Origin: Bdellovibrionales bacterium
GTDB taxonomy: Bacteria; Bdellovibrionota; UBA1018
Assembly (NCBI GenBank): GCA_016786465.1
Contig: JAEUWC010000019.1
Span: 25,905 to 89,904, forward strand
DNA: 64,000 bases
Reading direction: 5' to 3'
Shown piece by piece: positions 25,294 through 34,375 of this stretch. The notes beneath the pieces were generated by a model that saw only the letters and a program-made list of their open reading frames with translations, was not told the DNA's origin and made no database searches. Each line of letters opens with the position of its first letter. The first letter of the stretch is position 1. A program made the position numbers and the translations under genes.

Positions 25294-26229
25294 TTATTCA
25301 AAGTTCACGATGACGGCCCGGTGGTCTGAAACCCACCAGTTCCATTTCGTGTACCTAAAGACGTCGACTCCCCAGGAAGTCGCACGCCAGGGAAATCCCG
25401 GAGATTTCATGACGTGATCAATTCGACAATCTGGAAAAACGGCTCCTTTTTCGTCTCCGCAAGCGTCATTTGGGTCATAGGGCTTGTTTGAAAAATAGGT
25501 CACCTGGCTTACGTCATGAAAGCTGTCGGTCATGCCCGTGCTTTTCAAATTCGCGTAGCCTTCCATCGAGGGGTTCAGATTACTGTCTCCGGCAAAAAGG
25601 ACTGGGATTCCCGCGTCGCGAAATGCTGCTTTGAAAAATTCAGCCGCGTACAAAGATGCGGGGGCCTTATTCGCGCCGTGATTGTCAAAGTGGGTTCCTG
25701 CAAATAGGAAGCTTTGTCCATTCGTGCGGTCCTTTACGAAGACCCACTGAAAGCGCCTTGGAATTCCAAGTTTTCCCCAACCAAAGCTAAACTTCGGCAG
25801 TTTCTTTCCAAGCCAAACTCCGCCCGGATTCGCGGCTGTGAAGCGTTCCTTTTTTACAAAAAGCGCTGGGTCGGCCCACTTTAGCCCGCGGTCGTGGGAA
25901 AAAATCTCGTAGCGATTGCCCAACATCTTGTTCATCTTCTTCAGCTGCCCGGCGGTACCGACTTCTTGAAAGCTGATCAGATCAGGGTCGTGTCGTTTGA
26001 CTGTGTCTATGATGTTTGCAAGGCGCTCTTTGAATTTTCCGTATTCTTTTCGCTTTTTGCACATTCTGCACATGACATTGAAGTTCATGACTTTCAGGCC
26101 GGCCTCGGCCCGCTCAAGCCCAATGAAACTAAGTGCACTGAATGCAAAAACAAATGTGATTAAAGTAGAACACCGGCGGACATAGCGGCGAAAATCATCC
26201 ATGATTCTTCTCCCAGCAAAGGTTGTCAC
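25294..26229 (-). CDS. Secreted endonuclease/exonuclease/phosphatase (EEP) family protein
   Basis: Signal peptide, ...LISFQEVG..., C-terminal ...WVSDHRAVIVNFE (SDH-x-V catalytic His motif of DNase I-like EEP enzymes). Confidence 0.65.
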   Translation of the reverse strand: MTTFAGRRIMDDFRRYVRRCSTLITFVFAFSALSFIGLERAEAGLKVMNFNVMCRMCKKRKEYGKFKERLANIIDTVKRHDPDLISFQEVGTAGQLKKMNKMLGNRYEIFSHDRGLKWADPALFVKKERFTAANPGGVWLGKKLPKFSFGWGKLGIPRRFQWVFVKDRTNGQSFLFAGTHFDNHGANKAPASLYAAEFFKAAFRDAGIPVLFAGDSNLNPSMEGYANLKSTGMTDSFHDVSQVTYFSNKPYDPNDACGDEKGAVFPDCRIDHVMKSPGFPWRATSWGVDVFRYTKWNWWVSDHRAVIVNFE

Positions 26230-26376
26230 AAGAAGTTTGCCAGATTTTGCGGATGGGCAAAGAAGTTCTCGTGCGACGTTTTTTTGACGCTTCAGATTCG
26301 ACTCAGCTCAAAAGAAACGGATGTACAGGCCATCGATCTCTTTGACACCCGGGTTAAAGGGCCAGAAACTGGGCGC

Positions 26377-27105
26377 ATGAACACATCAAAAGTATTGTGG
26401 ACCTTCGGCTGCTTCAGCGTGTTTATTCTTTCTCAAGAAGTTTGGGGATCTTCGGTATTGGATCGAAAGCACATTCAAGTGACGGGTTCGTGCACCAGCC
26501 AAGTGGTTCCTGATCGTGCGTCGACTGTTTTGTCTTCCGAATTCAAAGAAAAGGACGTGGCTACCGCGACTCGCAAAGCTTCTGAAACCTACGAACGGAT
26601 TCGCGAAGCCGTCAGGAAACTTGGGTTGAAAGATTTGCAGATGACGACACATCATTACCAGGTGTCGGAATGGACCGAATGGCACAAGGACACGCAAAAG
26701 CTTTTGGGCTATCAAGTCAGTATTGGTCTAAAGGTTTCGACTTCTGAAATTTCTCGGATGGGAGAAATCTTCGCGATCGCAGGCGCCGAGAAAATCAAAG
26801 ACATCGGAAGTCTCGCGCTTTTTTTGTCTCACGAAAAGCGCGATGCGGAACAATTGGATTGCCTTAAAAAAGCGGCTGCAGATTCAAGATTGAAAGCCGA
26901 AAGGCTGGCATTGGGTCTAGGTGTTGGCTTGGGTTCGGTACTTCAAATTCAAGAACAGTACACCAATATGGCCCAGCCTGAAGCTATGGCGATGGCGGAT
27001 GCAAGCGGTGGCTTTCGCGGAAAAAGGGCCGGAAACCCAATTGGAATCGAAGCGGGTGTCATTCACCTAAGCGTTTCGGTTTCGTCTTGGTTTGAAGTCA
27101 GATAG
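26377..27105 (+). CDS. SIMPL/DUF541-like secreted protein (YggE-like); start placed at MNTSKVLW (signal peptide) rather than the upstream ATG
   Basis: Signal peptide plus the two-lobed DUF541 pattern (..HIQVTGSCTSQVVPDRASTVLS.. and C-terminal ..IEAGVIHLSVSVSSWFEV). Confidence 0.35.
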   Translation: MNTSKVLWTFGCFSVFILSQEVWGSSVLDRKHIQVTGSCTSQVVPDRASTVLSSEFKEKDVATATRKASETYERIREAVRKLGLKDLQMTTHHYQVSEWTEWHKDTQKLLGYQVSIGLKVSTSEISRMGEIFAIAGAEKIKDIGSLALFLSHEKRDAEQLDCLKKAAADSRLKAERLALGLGVGLGSVLQIQEQYTNMAQPEAMAMADASGGFRGKRAGNPIGIEAGVIHLSVSVSSWFEVR

Positions 27106-29197
27106 CCAAGCCCAGCTTTTCCATGAAAAATTGCAGTTCCATGGCTGATTCAAGCTTTCTGTAGCCAGGATCCGTTCGGCCATGCCCGCCTACTGCGCTT
27201 TCGTAAAAAATGGATTCGCTTCCCAGTTCCATCAATTTCGCATGAGCCTTTCGCATATGGGAAGGATGCACGCGATCGTCGTTTGTGGCGGTGGTCATCA
27301 GAACGGGTGGATAGGTTTTTCCGGGAACCAAGTTCAAATAGGGCGAATACGATTGAATGTACGCAAGTTCTTTGGGATCCGCGGGGTCGCCAAATTCGGC
27401 GATCCAGGATGGCCCGGCGTCGGCCATTTGTGTGTATCGAACCATGTCAAATAGCCCATGTTTAATCACCACTGCAGAAAACAGATCCGAACGATTCGTC
27501 ATGGATACACCCATCAGAATGCCTCCGTTACTGTCTCCGCGAGCTCCCAGTTGCTTTGAAGTTGTAGCGCCTTTGGCAATTAGGTCTTCGGCAACCGCAA
27601 AAAAATCATCAAAGTTATTCCAGCGCTTCATTCGGATGCCGTCTTGATGCCAGGGCTCGCCGTATTCGCCTCCGCCTCGGATACCGGCCAAAACAAACGC
27701 GCCTCCGCGAGAAACGAATGATTTTAGGTAAAACGGAAACCAAGTGTTCAGCGTATCTGCGTGCACGACTGAACCAAATCCGCCATATCCGTACATGACC
27801 GTAGGAACCGCTTTTCCGATGTCCGCTTTTCTTCGAATCAGGAAATACGGCACCCATGTACCATCTTTGGATTTGGCCTTGAATTGTTCGACCGACATTA
27901 AGGATGGATCGGCGTGGGGAGTGTCCTTTGCAACTAAGGTCAACACGGGCTTTCCGGATTTGATTTCGGCTCGGTAATATTGATCGGCTTCAAGGATTGT
28001 AGAATGCCGAATCATGACCTGGTCTCCGAAGGCGTCTCCGGCTTTCATGCCCACGACGCCAAACTTCGGCATGTTGATGATATTCAACTGCCAGCTGCCG
28101 GAAACTTTTTGAAGCGTCGCGAGCTTTCCGTGAACATCGTCAAAAAAGCTGATCCAAAGGCGATCCTGGGTTGCAGCTTGAAGGACGTATCGAGGGTAAA
28201 GGGATGGGTCTAAAAAATAGGCCAGGCTTGGGGAAGATCCTTCAGTCAATGGGATCTCGACATAGCTTCCCGTTTTTAAGACAGTTCCCCCGACGGACTC
28301 GTCTGCCGTCATGTATCCGATCAAGGTGTCGCCTACTGCATTGAAGTCCAAGACGCTTTTGGGAAATGCGATCGGGAAGGTGCGAAAGCCTTGCGGGTCT
28401 GAAACCGTTCCATAGATCTCCGTTTTCCAAAGGGTTTGGAATACTCGAATCAAAACAGTTGAAACCTTCGACGTGACAATGGGCTTGAATTCAAGCCCCA
28501 CATAGTTCTTTGGAACTTCAAACACGATCGGGGCGTTTGCAATCGGGTCTGATCGCTTCCAAAGGCGGACCTGGCGCGCATATCCAGAAGTCGTAACCGA
28601 ACTTGCGCCAAGATCGGCCCCAACCAAGATCGTGTCGGCGTCGAACCAAGCAAAAGTGCTTTTTCCTAGTGGAAGCTCAAAGCCTCCGGACACGAAGTTT
28701 TGAATTGTTCGGTCGTATTCTCGCATCACGATCTTGTCGCTACCGCTGACCGAAAAAGAAATCAGGCATCGGACTTGGTCGGGAAGAAAACAATTTCGGT
28801 CCCGATACTTGAATCCGGGTCCAATCAGATTCTCTAAAGCCGAAATATTCAGGAACTCTTCCCAGTCTTTTTCGGGTGCTGCAAATCGATCCGCGTCGAT
28901 TCGCTTCAAGATTCGATTAAAGTTAGCGTAAATTTTCCCTTGAATGATGTTCGAATAGGCTAGCGTGCCACCTGACCTAAGCGAATCGGAAACTTCTTGT
29001 TCAAGAAGTGACTTACCGGGGCCAGCGTTAAACCAAGCCAGGGATGTTTGATTCTGAGCCTGAACCCAAGTCTGAGTGGATTTTTGAAAATTATCTTCAA
29101 GCGTTTCGTAAATATTGGCCGCCGCAAACGCTCCGACGGAAAAAAAAGAAATTCCAAAAGCCAAGCGGCCGAACCCAGAGAAATTCATGATGTGCAT
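27098..29197 (-). CDS. Prolyl oligopeptidase (S9A) family serine peptidase, secreted
   Basis: C-terminal α/β-hydrolase with GDSNGGILMG (GxSxGG nucleophile elbow), preceded by a β-propeller-length N-terminal domain. Start placed at MHIMNFSGFGRLAFG... (signal peptide). Confidence 0.75.
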   Translation of the reverse strand: MHIMNFSGFGRLAFGISFFSVGAFAAANIYETLEDNFQKSTQTWVQAQNQTSLAWFNAGPGKSLLEQEVSDSLRSGGTLAYSNIIQGKIYANFNRILKRIDADRFAAPEKDWEEFLNISALENLIGPGFKYRDRNCFLPDQVRCLISFSVSGSDKIVMREYDRTIQNFVSGGFELPLGKSTFAWFDADTILVGADLGASSVTTSGYARQVRLWKRSDPIANAPIVFEVPKNYVGLEFKPIVTSKVSTVLIRVFQTLWKTEIYGTVSDPQGFRTFPIAFPKSVLDFNAVGDTLIGYMTADESVGGTVLKTGSYVEIPLTEGSSPSLAYFLDPSLYPRYVLQAATQDRLWISFFDDVHGKLATLQKVSGSWQLNIINMPKFGVVGMKAGDAFGDQVMIRHSTILEADQYYRAEIKSGKPVLTLVAKDTPHADPSLMSVEQFKAKSKDGTWVPYFLIRRKADIGKAVPTVMYGYGGFGSVVHADTLNTWFPFYLKSFVSRGGAFVLAGIRGGGEYGEPWHQDGIRMKRWNNFDDFFAVAEDLIAKGATTSKQLGARGDSNGGILMGVSMTNRSDLFSAVVIKHGLFDMVRYTQMADAGPSWIAEFGDPADPKELAYIQSYSPYLNLVPGKTYPPVLMTTATNDDRVHPSHMRKAHAKLMELGSESIFYESAVGGHGRTDPGYRKLESAMELQFFMEKLGLAI

Positions 29198-29305
29198 GGA
29201 GAATCTGAATCGCACAAGTTGTGCCAGTTCTAACCCCTTTAGTTTTGAGATCACAGGCCTTGGGGCCGATTTGATCCTAGCGACGGGGTCAATTTGTTTT
29301 TCAAG

Positions 29306-29382
29306 TGGTGGCTCGGGGCAGGATCGAACTGCCGACCTCCGCGTTATGAATGCGGCGCTCTAACCATCTGAGCTACCGAGCC
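29306..29382 (-). tRNA. tRNA with anticodon CAT (Met elongator or Ile2/lysidine type), CCA encoded
   Basis: The reverse complement GGCTCGGTAGCTCAGATGGTTAGAGCGCCGCATTCATAACGCGGAGGTCGGCAGTTCGATCCTGCCCCGAGCCACCA folds as a cloverleaf with a 7-bp acceptor stem, GCTC/GAGC D-stem, loop TTCATAA, a perfect T-arm GGCAG-TTCGATC-CTGCC and a G1-C72 pair (not initiator-like). Confidence 0.85.
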
Positions 29383-29437
29383 AAAGAATTGAAGGGTAGA
29401 GAAGTCCTTACCGCGGGAAAGCAACACGTTCAACCTC

Positions 29438-30475
29438 TTGTTGAGGCTGATTTACTCTCGACAGGTGAGCTTCGTTCTGTCTACCGTTACGGCTGTGAAA
29501 AGAACCCAGGGAAGCCACATCGGCGGTCAATTAATCCGAAAGATCTTTGCAACTTCGAAACGGTTTAATGCCGTTGACTACCTTCAGGTTTCCGAAACTT
29601 CGGATATCCTTATCGCTTTTTCAGGCGGCCAGGATTCGACGGCCCTAGCGCATTTGCTGGCTCATCAGGCCGGCAAGAAGGGGGCTGCTCTGCGGAAAAG
29701 GCTGGTTTTGGCTCACGTGAATCATGGTTGGCGGGGGGCTGATTCCGATGCCGACGAAGCGTGGGCAAAGGCTACTGCCAAGGCTTGGGGAGTTCGCTTG
29801 ATCAGTCATCGATTGAAAGCAAAGGCTAGGGCAGGCGAATCCAAAGAAGCGGTGGCCCACCATCAGCGAAGGCAGATTTTTGATCATTGGCTTTCGGATC
29901 GGAATGGGGCTTGGTTACTCACAGCCCATCACCAAAATGATTTAGCGGAAACTATTTTTTGGCGAATGACTCGGGGTGAACACGCCCAGATGCCAGAAGG
30001 AATTCGTTTTCAAGAAGGGCGAATTCTTCGCCCGTTTTTGGAAGTTTCAAAAGATCAAATTATTCAGTACTTGCATGAAGTTAAGCAAGACTATCGCGAA
30101 GACGCGACGAACCGCGACTTGGCCTTTCAACGGAATCGAATTCGGCATGAAATTCTTCCCGCGATCGAACAAAAATTTCCCGCGTTTTCTGAACAGCTTG
30201 CGCGGGTGGCTTTACAGGCTCAAGATCGTGCCCATCATGAAAGCAGGTCCGAAGAGGTTTCGGGCGAAGACTTTCCTTGGTCCCTGCTTGAACGCAAGGA
30301 AGGGCTTCAAATTCGACGTGGCCAAAGGCAATCGGTCCAAAGGATTCGTTCTCGACCGAAGGATGGAAAAGGACATCGGCGCCTTCAGCTTTCCGGGGGC
30401 TGGCATTTAAAGCAAGATCAGATCGATTCAGGCGAACTAGAGCGCTGGGTGTTAACGCGTTCTCAAGTCCGTTAA
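29438..30475 (+). CDS. tilS: tRNA(Ile)-lysidine synthetase TilS
   Basis: PP-loop ILIAFSGGQDSTALAHLL plus ...LAHVNHGWRGADSDADEAWAKATAKAWGVRLI. The classic tilS-ftsH neighbourhood is present. The true start may be downstream of the annotated ATG. Confidence 0.75.
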   Translation: MLRLIYSRQVSFVLSTVTAVKRTQGSHIGGQLIRKIFATSKRFNAVDYLQVSETSDILIAFSGGQDSTALAHLLAHQAGKKGAALRKRLVLAHVNHGWRGADSDADEAWAKATAKAWGVRLISHRLKAKARAGESKEAVAHHQRRQIFDHWLSDRNGAWLLTAHHQNDLAETIFWRMTRGEHAQMPEGIRFQEGRILRPFLEVSKDQIIQYLHEVKQDYREDATNRDLAFQRNRIRHEILPAIEQKFPAFSEQLARVALQAQDRAHHESRSEEVSGEDFPWSLLERKEGLQIRRGQRQSVQRIRSRPKDGKGHRRLQLSGGWHLKQDQIDSGELERWVLTRSQVR

Positions 30476-30565
30476 AAGCGAAGTGATTTGCGAAATATTT
30501 TCAACATGCTAGCCTAATTCTATGACGTGGCAAGGAGCCATAGTCTGCAGAGAAGAAGGAGTTTC

Positions 30566-32509
30566 ATGAAGGCTTCCCATAAAACAGTCGCACTTTGGTT
30601 TGTATTGATTTTGCTTTTCGCGATGCTGTACCGCGTATTTGATCCAGGCAATCGCAACCGACGCGACATTAAATTCAGCGAATTTGTCCAAATGGTGAAA
30701 GAGGGCAAAGTGTCCGAGGTGACCTTTAAAGAAGGAAACACCATCGTGGGTACTTTGAAAGAACCGGGCGCCGATGGACGTAAACAGTTCGAAACCATTG
30801 GCGATACTTCGAACTCGAAAGTTTTCGATATTCTGGAAAAGAACAACATCGTTCCGAATTACGAACGCGCGGAACGCACACCGGTTTGGCAACAAGTCGC
30901 CATTTCGTGGCTGCCGATGGTCCTGATTTTCGGCCTTTTCTTTATGTTCATGCGCCAGCTTCAGTCGGGCGGTGGAAAGGCGATGTCGTTTGGCAAAAGC
31001 AAGGCAAGGCTTTTGACCGAATCCAACAATCGAATCACCTTTAAGGACGTTGCAGGCGCAGACGAAGCGAAACAAGAACTTGAAGAAGTGGTTTCATTTC
31101 TGAAAGATCCCAAAAAATTTACCCGGTTGGGTGGAAGAATTCCAAAAGGTGTCCTTTTGATGGGATCACCTGGAACTGGGAAAACGCTTTTGGCCAAGGC
31201 CATCGCCGGCGAAGCCGGTGTGCCGTTTTTCTCGATCTCGGGATCTGACTTCGTTGAAATGTTCGTCGGGGTGGGCGCATCCCGCGTCCGCGATCTTTTC
31301 GAACAAGGCAAGAAACATGCTCCTTGTATCATCTTCATCGATGAAATCGATGCGGTCGGACGTCATCGCGGTGCCGGACTTGGCGGCGGTCACGACGAAC
31401 GCGAACAAACCTTGAACCAGTTGCTGGTCGAAATGGACGGCTTCGAATCCAACGAAGGCGTGATCTTGATCGCAGCAACCAACCGTCCTGACGTTTTGGA
31501 CCCAGCGCTGCAGCGGCCAGGTCGTTTCGACCGTCGTGTGGTGGTTTCGCCTCCGGATATCAAGGGCCGTGAAGCGATCCTGAAAGTTCACACTCGTAAG
31601 ACGCCAATGGCGGCAACCGTTGAACTTCAAGTTATTGCTCGCGGAACGCCTGGCTTTTCGGGTGCTGATCTTGAAAACCTAGTCAACGAAGCCGCGCTTT
31701 TGGCTGCACGTGCTGACAAAAAGTACCTTGAAATGTCGGATTTCGAAGCCGCCAAGGACAAGGTCCTGATGGGCGTCGAAAGAAAGAGCATGGTTCTGAC
31801 GGACAAGGAAAAGCGGACGACTGCGTACCACGAAGCGGGTCACGCACTGGTCGGTAAGTTCCTTCCGGATACAGATCCAATTCATAAAGTGACGATCATC
31901 CCTCGTGGGATGGCTTTAGGCGTGACGATGACCCTTCCAAGGGAAGATCGTGTGAACCTGACCAAGGAAAAGGCTGAAAACAGCATTGCTTTTCTGATGG
32001 GAGGGCGTGTCGCCGAAGAAATCGTTCTGAAACAAAAGACCACGGGTGCGGGCAACGATATTGAGCGCGCAACGGATCTTGCTCACCGAATGGTTTGCGA
32101 ATGGGGAATGAGCGAAGTTCTTGGGCCAATGACTTTTGGCCGCAAAGAAGAAGCCATTTTCCTGGGTCGAGAAATTGCTCAGAACCGAGATTTTTCGGAA
32201 TCGACTGCGCAGGCAATCGACCGCGAAATTCGGGAAATTGTGGATCGCAATTACAAGCGCGCCCACGAGATCCTGAACGACAAGCTTGATATCTTGCATG
32301 ACCTGGCGAAGGCTCTTCTTGAGTTCGAAACTTTGGACGGCGAAGAAGTCGATCAGATCGTGAAAGGTCAAAAGATCGTGCGCGTGAAGACCGACACCAA
32401 CACCCCGAATGCAACGGCCCCCGCGACAGAAGCGTCGACGGCAGATGCATCGAAGGATCCAGCAAAGTCGGGTCGAGGCGGAGCTTCTCCGGCACCGCTT
32501 CCGGTCTAA
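30566..32509 (+). CDS. ftsH: ATP-dependent zinc metalloprotease FtsH
   Basis: Walker [19 protein letters not shown], Walker [13 protein letters not shown] region [19 protein letters not shown], and Zn motif HEAGHAL. The ATG at 30566 has a GAAGGAG Shine-Dalgarno 7 nt upstream. A GTG at 30527 is the alternative start. Confidence 0.95.
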   Translation: MKASHKTVALWFVLILLFAMLYRVFDPGNRNRRDIKFSEFVQMVKEGKVSEVTFKEGNTIVGTLKEPGADGRKQFETIGDTSNSKVFDILEKNNIVPNYERAERTPVWQQVAISWLPMVLIFGLFFMFMRQLQSGGGKAMSFGKSKARLLTESNNRITFKDVAGADEAKQELEEVVSFLKDPKKFTRLGGRIPKGVLLMGSPGTGKTLLAKAIAGEAGVPFFSISGSDFVEMFVGVGASRVRDLFEQGKKHAPCIIFIDEIDAVGRHRGAGLGGGHDEREQTLNQLLVEMDGFESNEGVILIAATNRPDVLDPALQRPGRFDRRVVVSPPDIKGREAILKVHTRKTPMAATVELQVIARGTPGFSGADLENLVNEAALLAARADKKYLEMSDFEAAKDKVLMGVERKSMVLTDKEKRTTAYHEAGHALVGKFLPDTDPIHKVTIIPRGMALGVTMTLPREDRVNLTKEKAENSIAFLMGGRVAEEIVLKQKTTGAGNDIERATDLAHRMVCEWGMSEVLGPMTFGRKEEAIFLGREIAQNRDFSESTAQAIDREIREIVDRNYKRAHEILNDKLDILHDLAKALLEFETLDGEEVDQIVKGQKIVRVKTDTNTPNATAPATEASTADASKDPAKSGRGGASPAPLPV

Positions 32510-32544
32510 GAAAGTCTAAGTCATAACGATACGCACAATTCAGG

Positions 32545-32577
32545 CCCAGATTCGAAAAAATCCTTTCGAATCTGGGC
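32545..32577 (+). terminator. Rho-independent terminator after ftsH: cccagattcgaaa-aaatcc-tttcgaatctggg, 13-bp perfect stem, followed by cTTTgTgTTT
   Basis: Perfect inverted repeat read from the sequence at 32545-32557 / 32564-32576, with a downstream U-rich tract. The cdaA GTG start follows immediately at 32581. Confidence 0.5.
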
Positions 32578-32580
32578 TTT

Positions 32581-33462
32581 GTGTTTAGACTAAGACGTAC
32601 AGTGACCGACTTTTTTGGGAACCTTTTATCCAGCTTCCGCTGGTTTGATTTGGTCGATGTCGCCATCGTTGCGTTCATCGTCTACCGCGTTCTGCTTTTG
32701 ATTAAAGGCACTCGCGCCATGCAGATGCTCACGGGTTTGGGCATTCTGGGTATTGGTTTCTTTTTGTCATCGACCTTTGGTCTATTCACCACCCATTGGC
32801 TTTTGTCGTATTTCTTCGACTACCTGATTTTGATCGTGATCGTTTTGTTCCAGGACGATCTTCGTCGCGCGCTGACCCACGTAGGGAAGAATCCTTTTTT
32901 CTCGGGCGCGTCCGCCGAAGAAGAACGCGAAATGGTCGACGAAATCGCGCGCGCCGCGAATCGCCTAGCGAAAGAACGCATTGGTGGTTTAATCGTGCTT
33001 GAGCGTGAAACAGGTCTAAAGAACTTCATCGACACGGGTTCGAAACTGGAATCCAAGGTGAAGTCCGAACTGCTGTATTCCATCTTTCACCCCACTTCTC
33101 CGATTCACGACGGTGCCGTCATCATCACGGGCGGACGGATTTCAGCGGCAGGTTGTTTTCTTCCACTTTCTAAAGATCCGAACATCGACAAGCGCTATGG
33201 AACCCGTCACCGTGCTGCATTGGGGATCACTGAAGATTCCGACGCCATCGTGGTCCTGATTTCTGAAGAAGCGGGTGAAGCGCATTTAGTCAAGAATGGT
33301 CGCTTGACCACGAACCTCAGCGAAGAAGAAATTCGACAGACCCTGACCGCGCTATTGGACCTTTCGCGTGGAACGCCTCAGTTGCCCTCAAGAATGCGTG
33401 GATGGCTACAGTTGGTAAAGGGGCGCAAGTCAATCTCGCGTATCGATAGGGACGGTCCATGA
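32581..33462 (+). CDS. cdaA: Diadenylate cyclase CdaA (DacA), c-di-AMP synthase
   Basis: Three N-terminal TM helices, then a DAC domain with ...TRHRAALGITEDSDAIVVLISEEAGE... GTG start. Confidence 0.85.
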   Translation: MFRLRRTVTDFFGNLLSSFRWFDLVDVAIVAFIVYRVLLLIKGTRAMQMLTGLGILGIGFFLSSTFGLFTTHWLLSYFFDYLILIVIVLFQDDLRRALTHVGKNPFFSGASAEEEREMVDEIARAANRLAKERIGGLIVLERETGLKNFIDTGSKLESKVKSELLYSIFHPTSPIHDGAVIITGGRISAAGCFLPLSKDPNIDKRYGTRHRAALGITEDSDAIVVLISEEAGEAHLVKNGRLTTNLSEEEIRQTLTALLDLSRGTPQLPSRMRGWLQLVKGRKSISRIDRDGP

Positions 33463-34370
33463 TGAACATGAACTGGTCCTGGATCACGAATAACGTCGCA
33501 GTGAAGGCCATTTCGGTCGTGATCGCCATCATCTTATGGTCGGTCGTTTTAGGGTCTAGAAACGTAGAAGCAGTTAAAGAAGTCCCTATTGAAATCTTGA
33601 CTTCGTCTGACGTGGTTCCTGGTAATGACCCACCGGAACGGGTTTCATTTAAATTAGCGGGTCCGAAGGCCTTCTTGCGGGCAATCATGGATCGCCGTGA
33701 AGACCCCATTCGGGTCAATCTTGTGGGTTCAAAGCCAGGAATCGTGAACTACCGGCTTTTTTCCGACAGCATCCGACTTCCGCCTGGGATCAAAGTTTTG
33801 TCCATCAGCCCTTCGAACTTTGCGATTCGCCTGGAATACGTGAAAAAGCGCGAAGTCGCCGTGAAGTTAGAAGTTCGCGGAAATCCTCCGGATGGATTTA
33901 AGCTCAGCCGGGCCAAGGTCGTGCCTTCGACCGTTCGAATCAAGGGTCCGCAATCTAAGATTGAATCCATCAGCGAACTGGCGACACTTCCTGTGGATCT
34001 TTCGGAATCGCGACAATCGTTTGAACGCGAAGTCGCCTTTGAATTAGGTAGCAGCGGGATCAAGGTCGACGGCGATTTTCCAAAAGCGATTGTCGATATC
34101 GAAGCCGCAAAACCAAACTTCAAGCTGAAGAATATCGAAGTCCGTGTTTTGACGTCGTTGCCGTACAAGCTCAGCGACAAGACGGTCACGGTTTATATTC
34201 ACGCAACCGCGAAGGATTTAAAGAATATGGGGAGAGGAACGATTTACGCGTTCGTCGACCTAAGGGGCAGAAGGAAAGGCCGACATCAGGAAGCAGTGAA
34301 AGTGAAGCTGCCGGACGGGGTTGGCTTAGTTCGTGTCGAGCCCGAAGAAGTTTCAATCAACTTGGAGTAA
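33459..34370 (+). CDS. cdaR: CdaR (YbbR-domain) regulator of CdaA
   Basis: N-terminal TM anchor plus repeated YbbR-like β-rich domains. Overlaps the cdaA stop by 4 nt, in the canonical cdaA-cdaR-glmM order. Confidence 0.7.
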   Translation: MMNMNWSWITNNVAVKAISVVIAIILWSVVLGSRNVEAVKEVPIEILTSSDVVPGNDPPERVSFKLAGPKAFLRAIMDRREDPIRVNLVGSKPGIVNYRLFSDSIRLPPGIKVLSISPSNFAIRLEYVKKREVAVKLEVRGNPPDGFKLSRAKVVPSTVRIKGPQSKIESISELATLPVDLSESRQSFEREVAFELGSSGIKVDGDFPKAIVDIEAAKPNFKLKNIEVRVLTSLPYKLSDKTVTVYIHATAKDLKNMGRGTIYAFVDLRGRRKGRHQEAVKVKLPDGVGLVRVEPEEVSINLE

Positions 34371-34375
34371 TCACA

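Noticed and set aside
29115-29568. Two plus-strand ORFs (29115-29363 and 29350-29568) running across the tRNA region
   Set aside because: They overlap a well-formed tRNA gene on the opposite strand and have no recognisable protein features. The tRNA call explains the sequence.
31896-32678. 260-aa minus-strand ORF and several others antisense to ftsH
   Set aside because: It lies fully inside the strongly conserved FtsH coding frame. Its Arg/Ser/Pro-rich composition is typical of antisense translation of a coding region.
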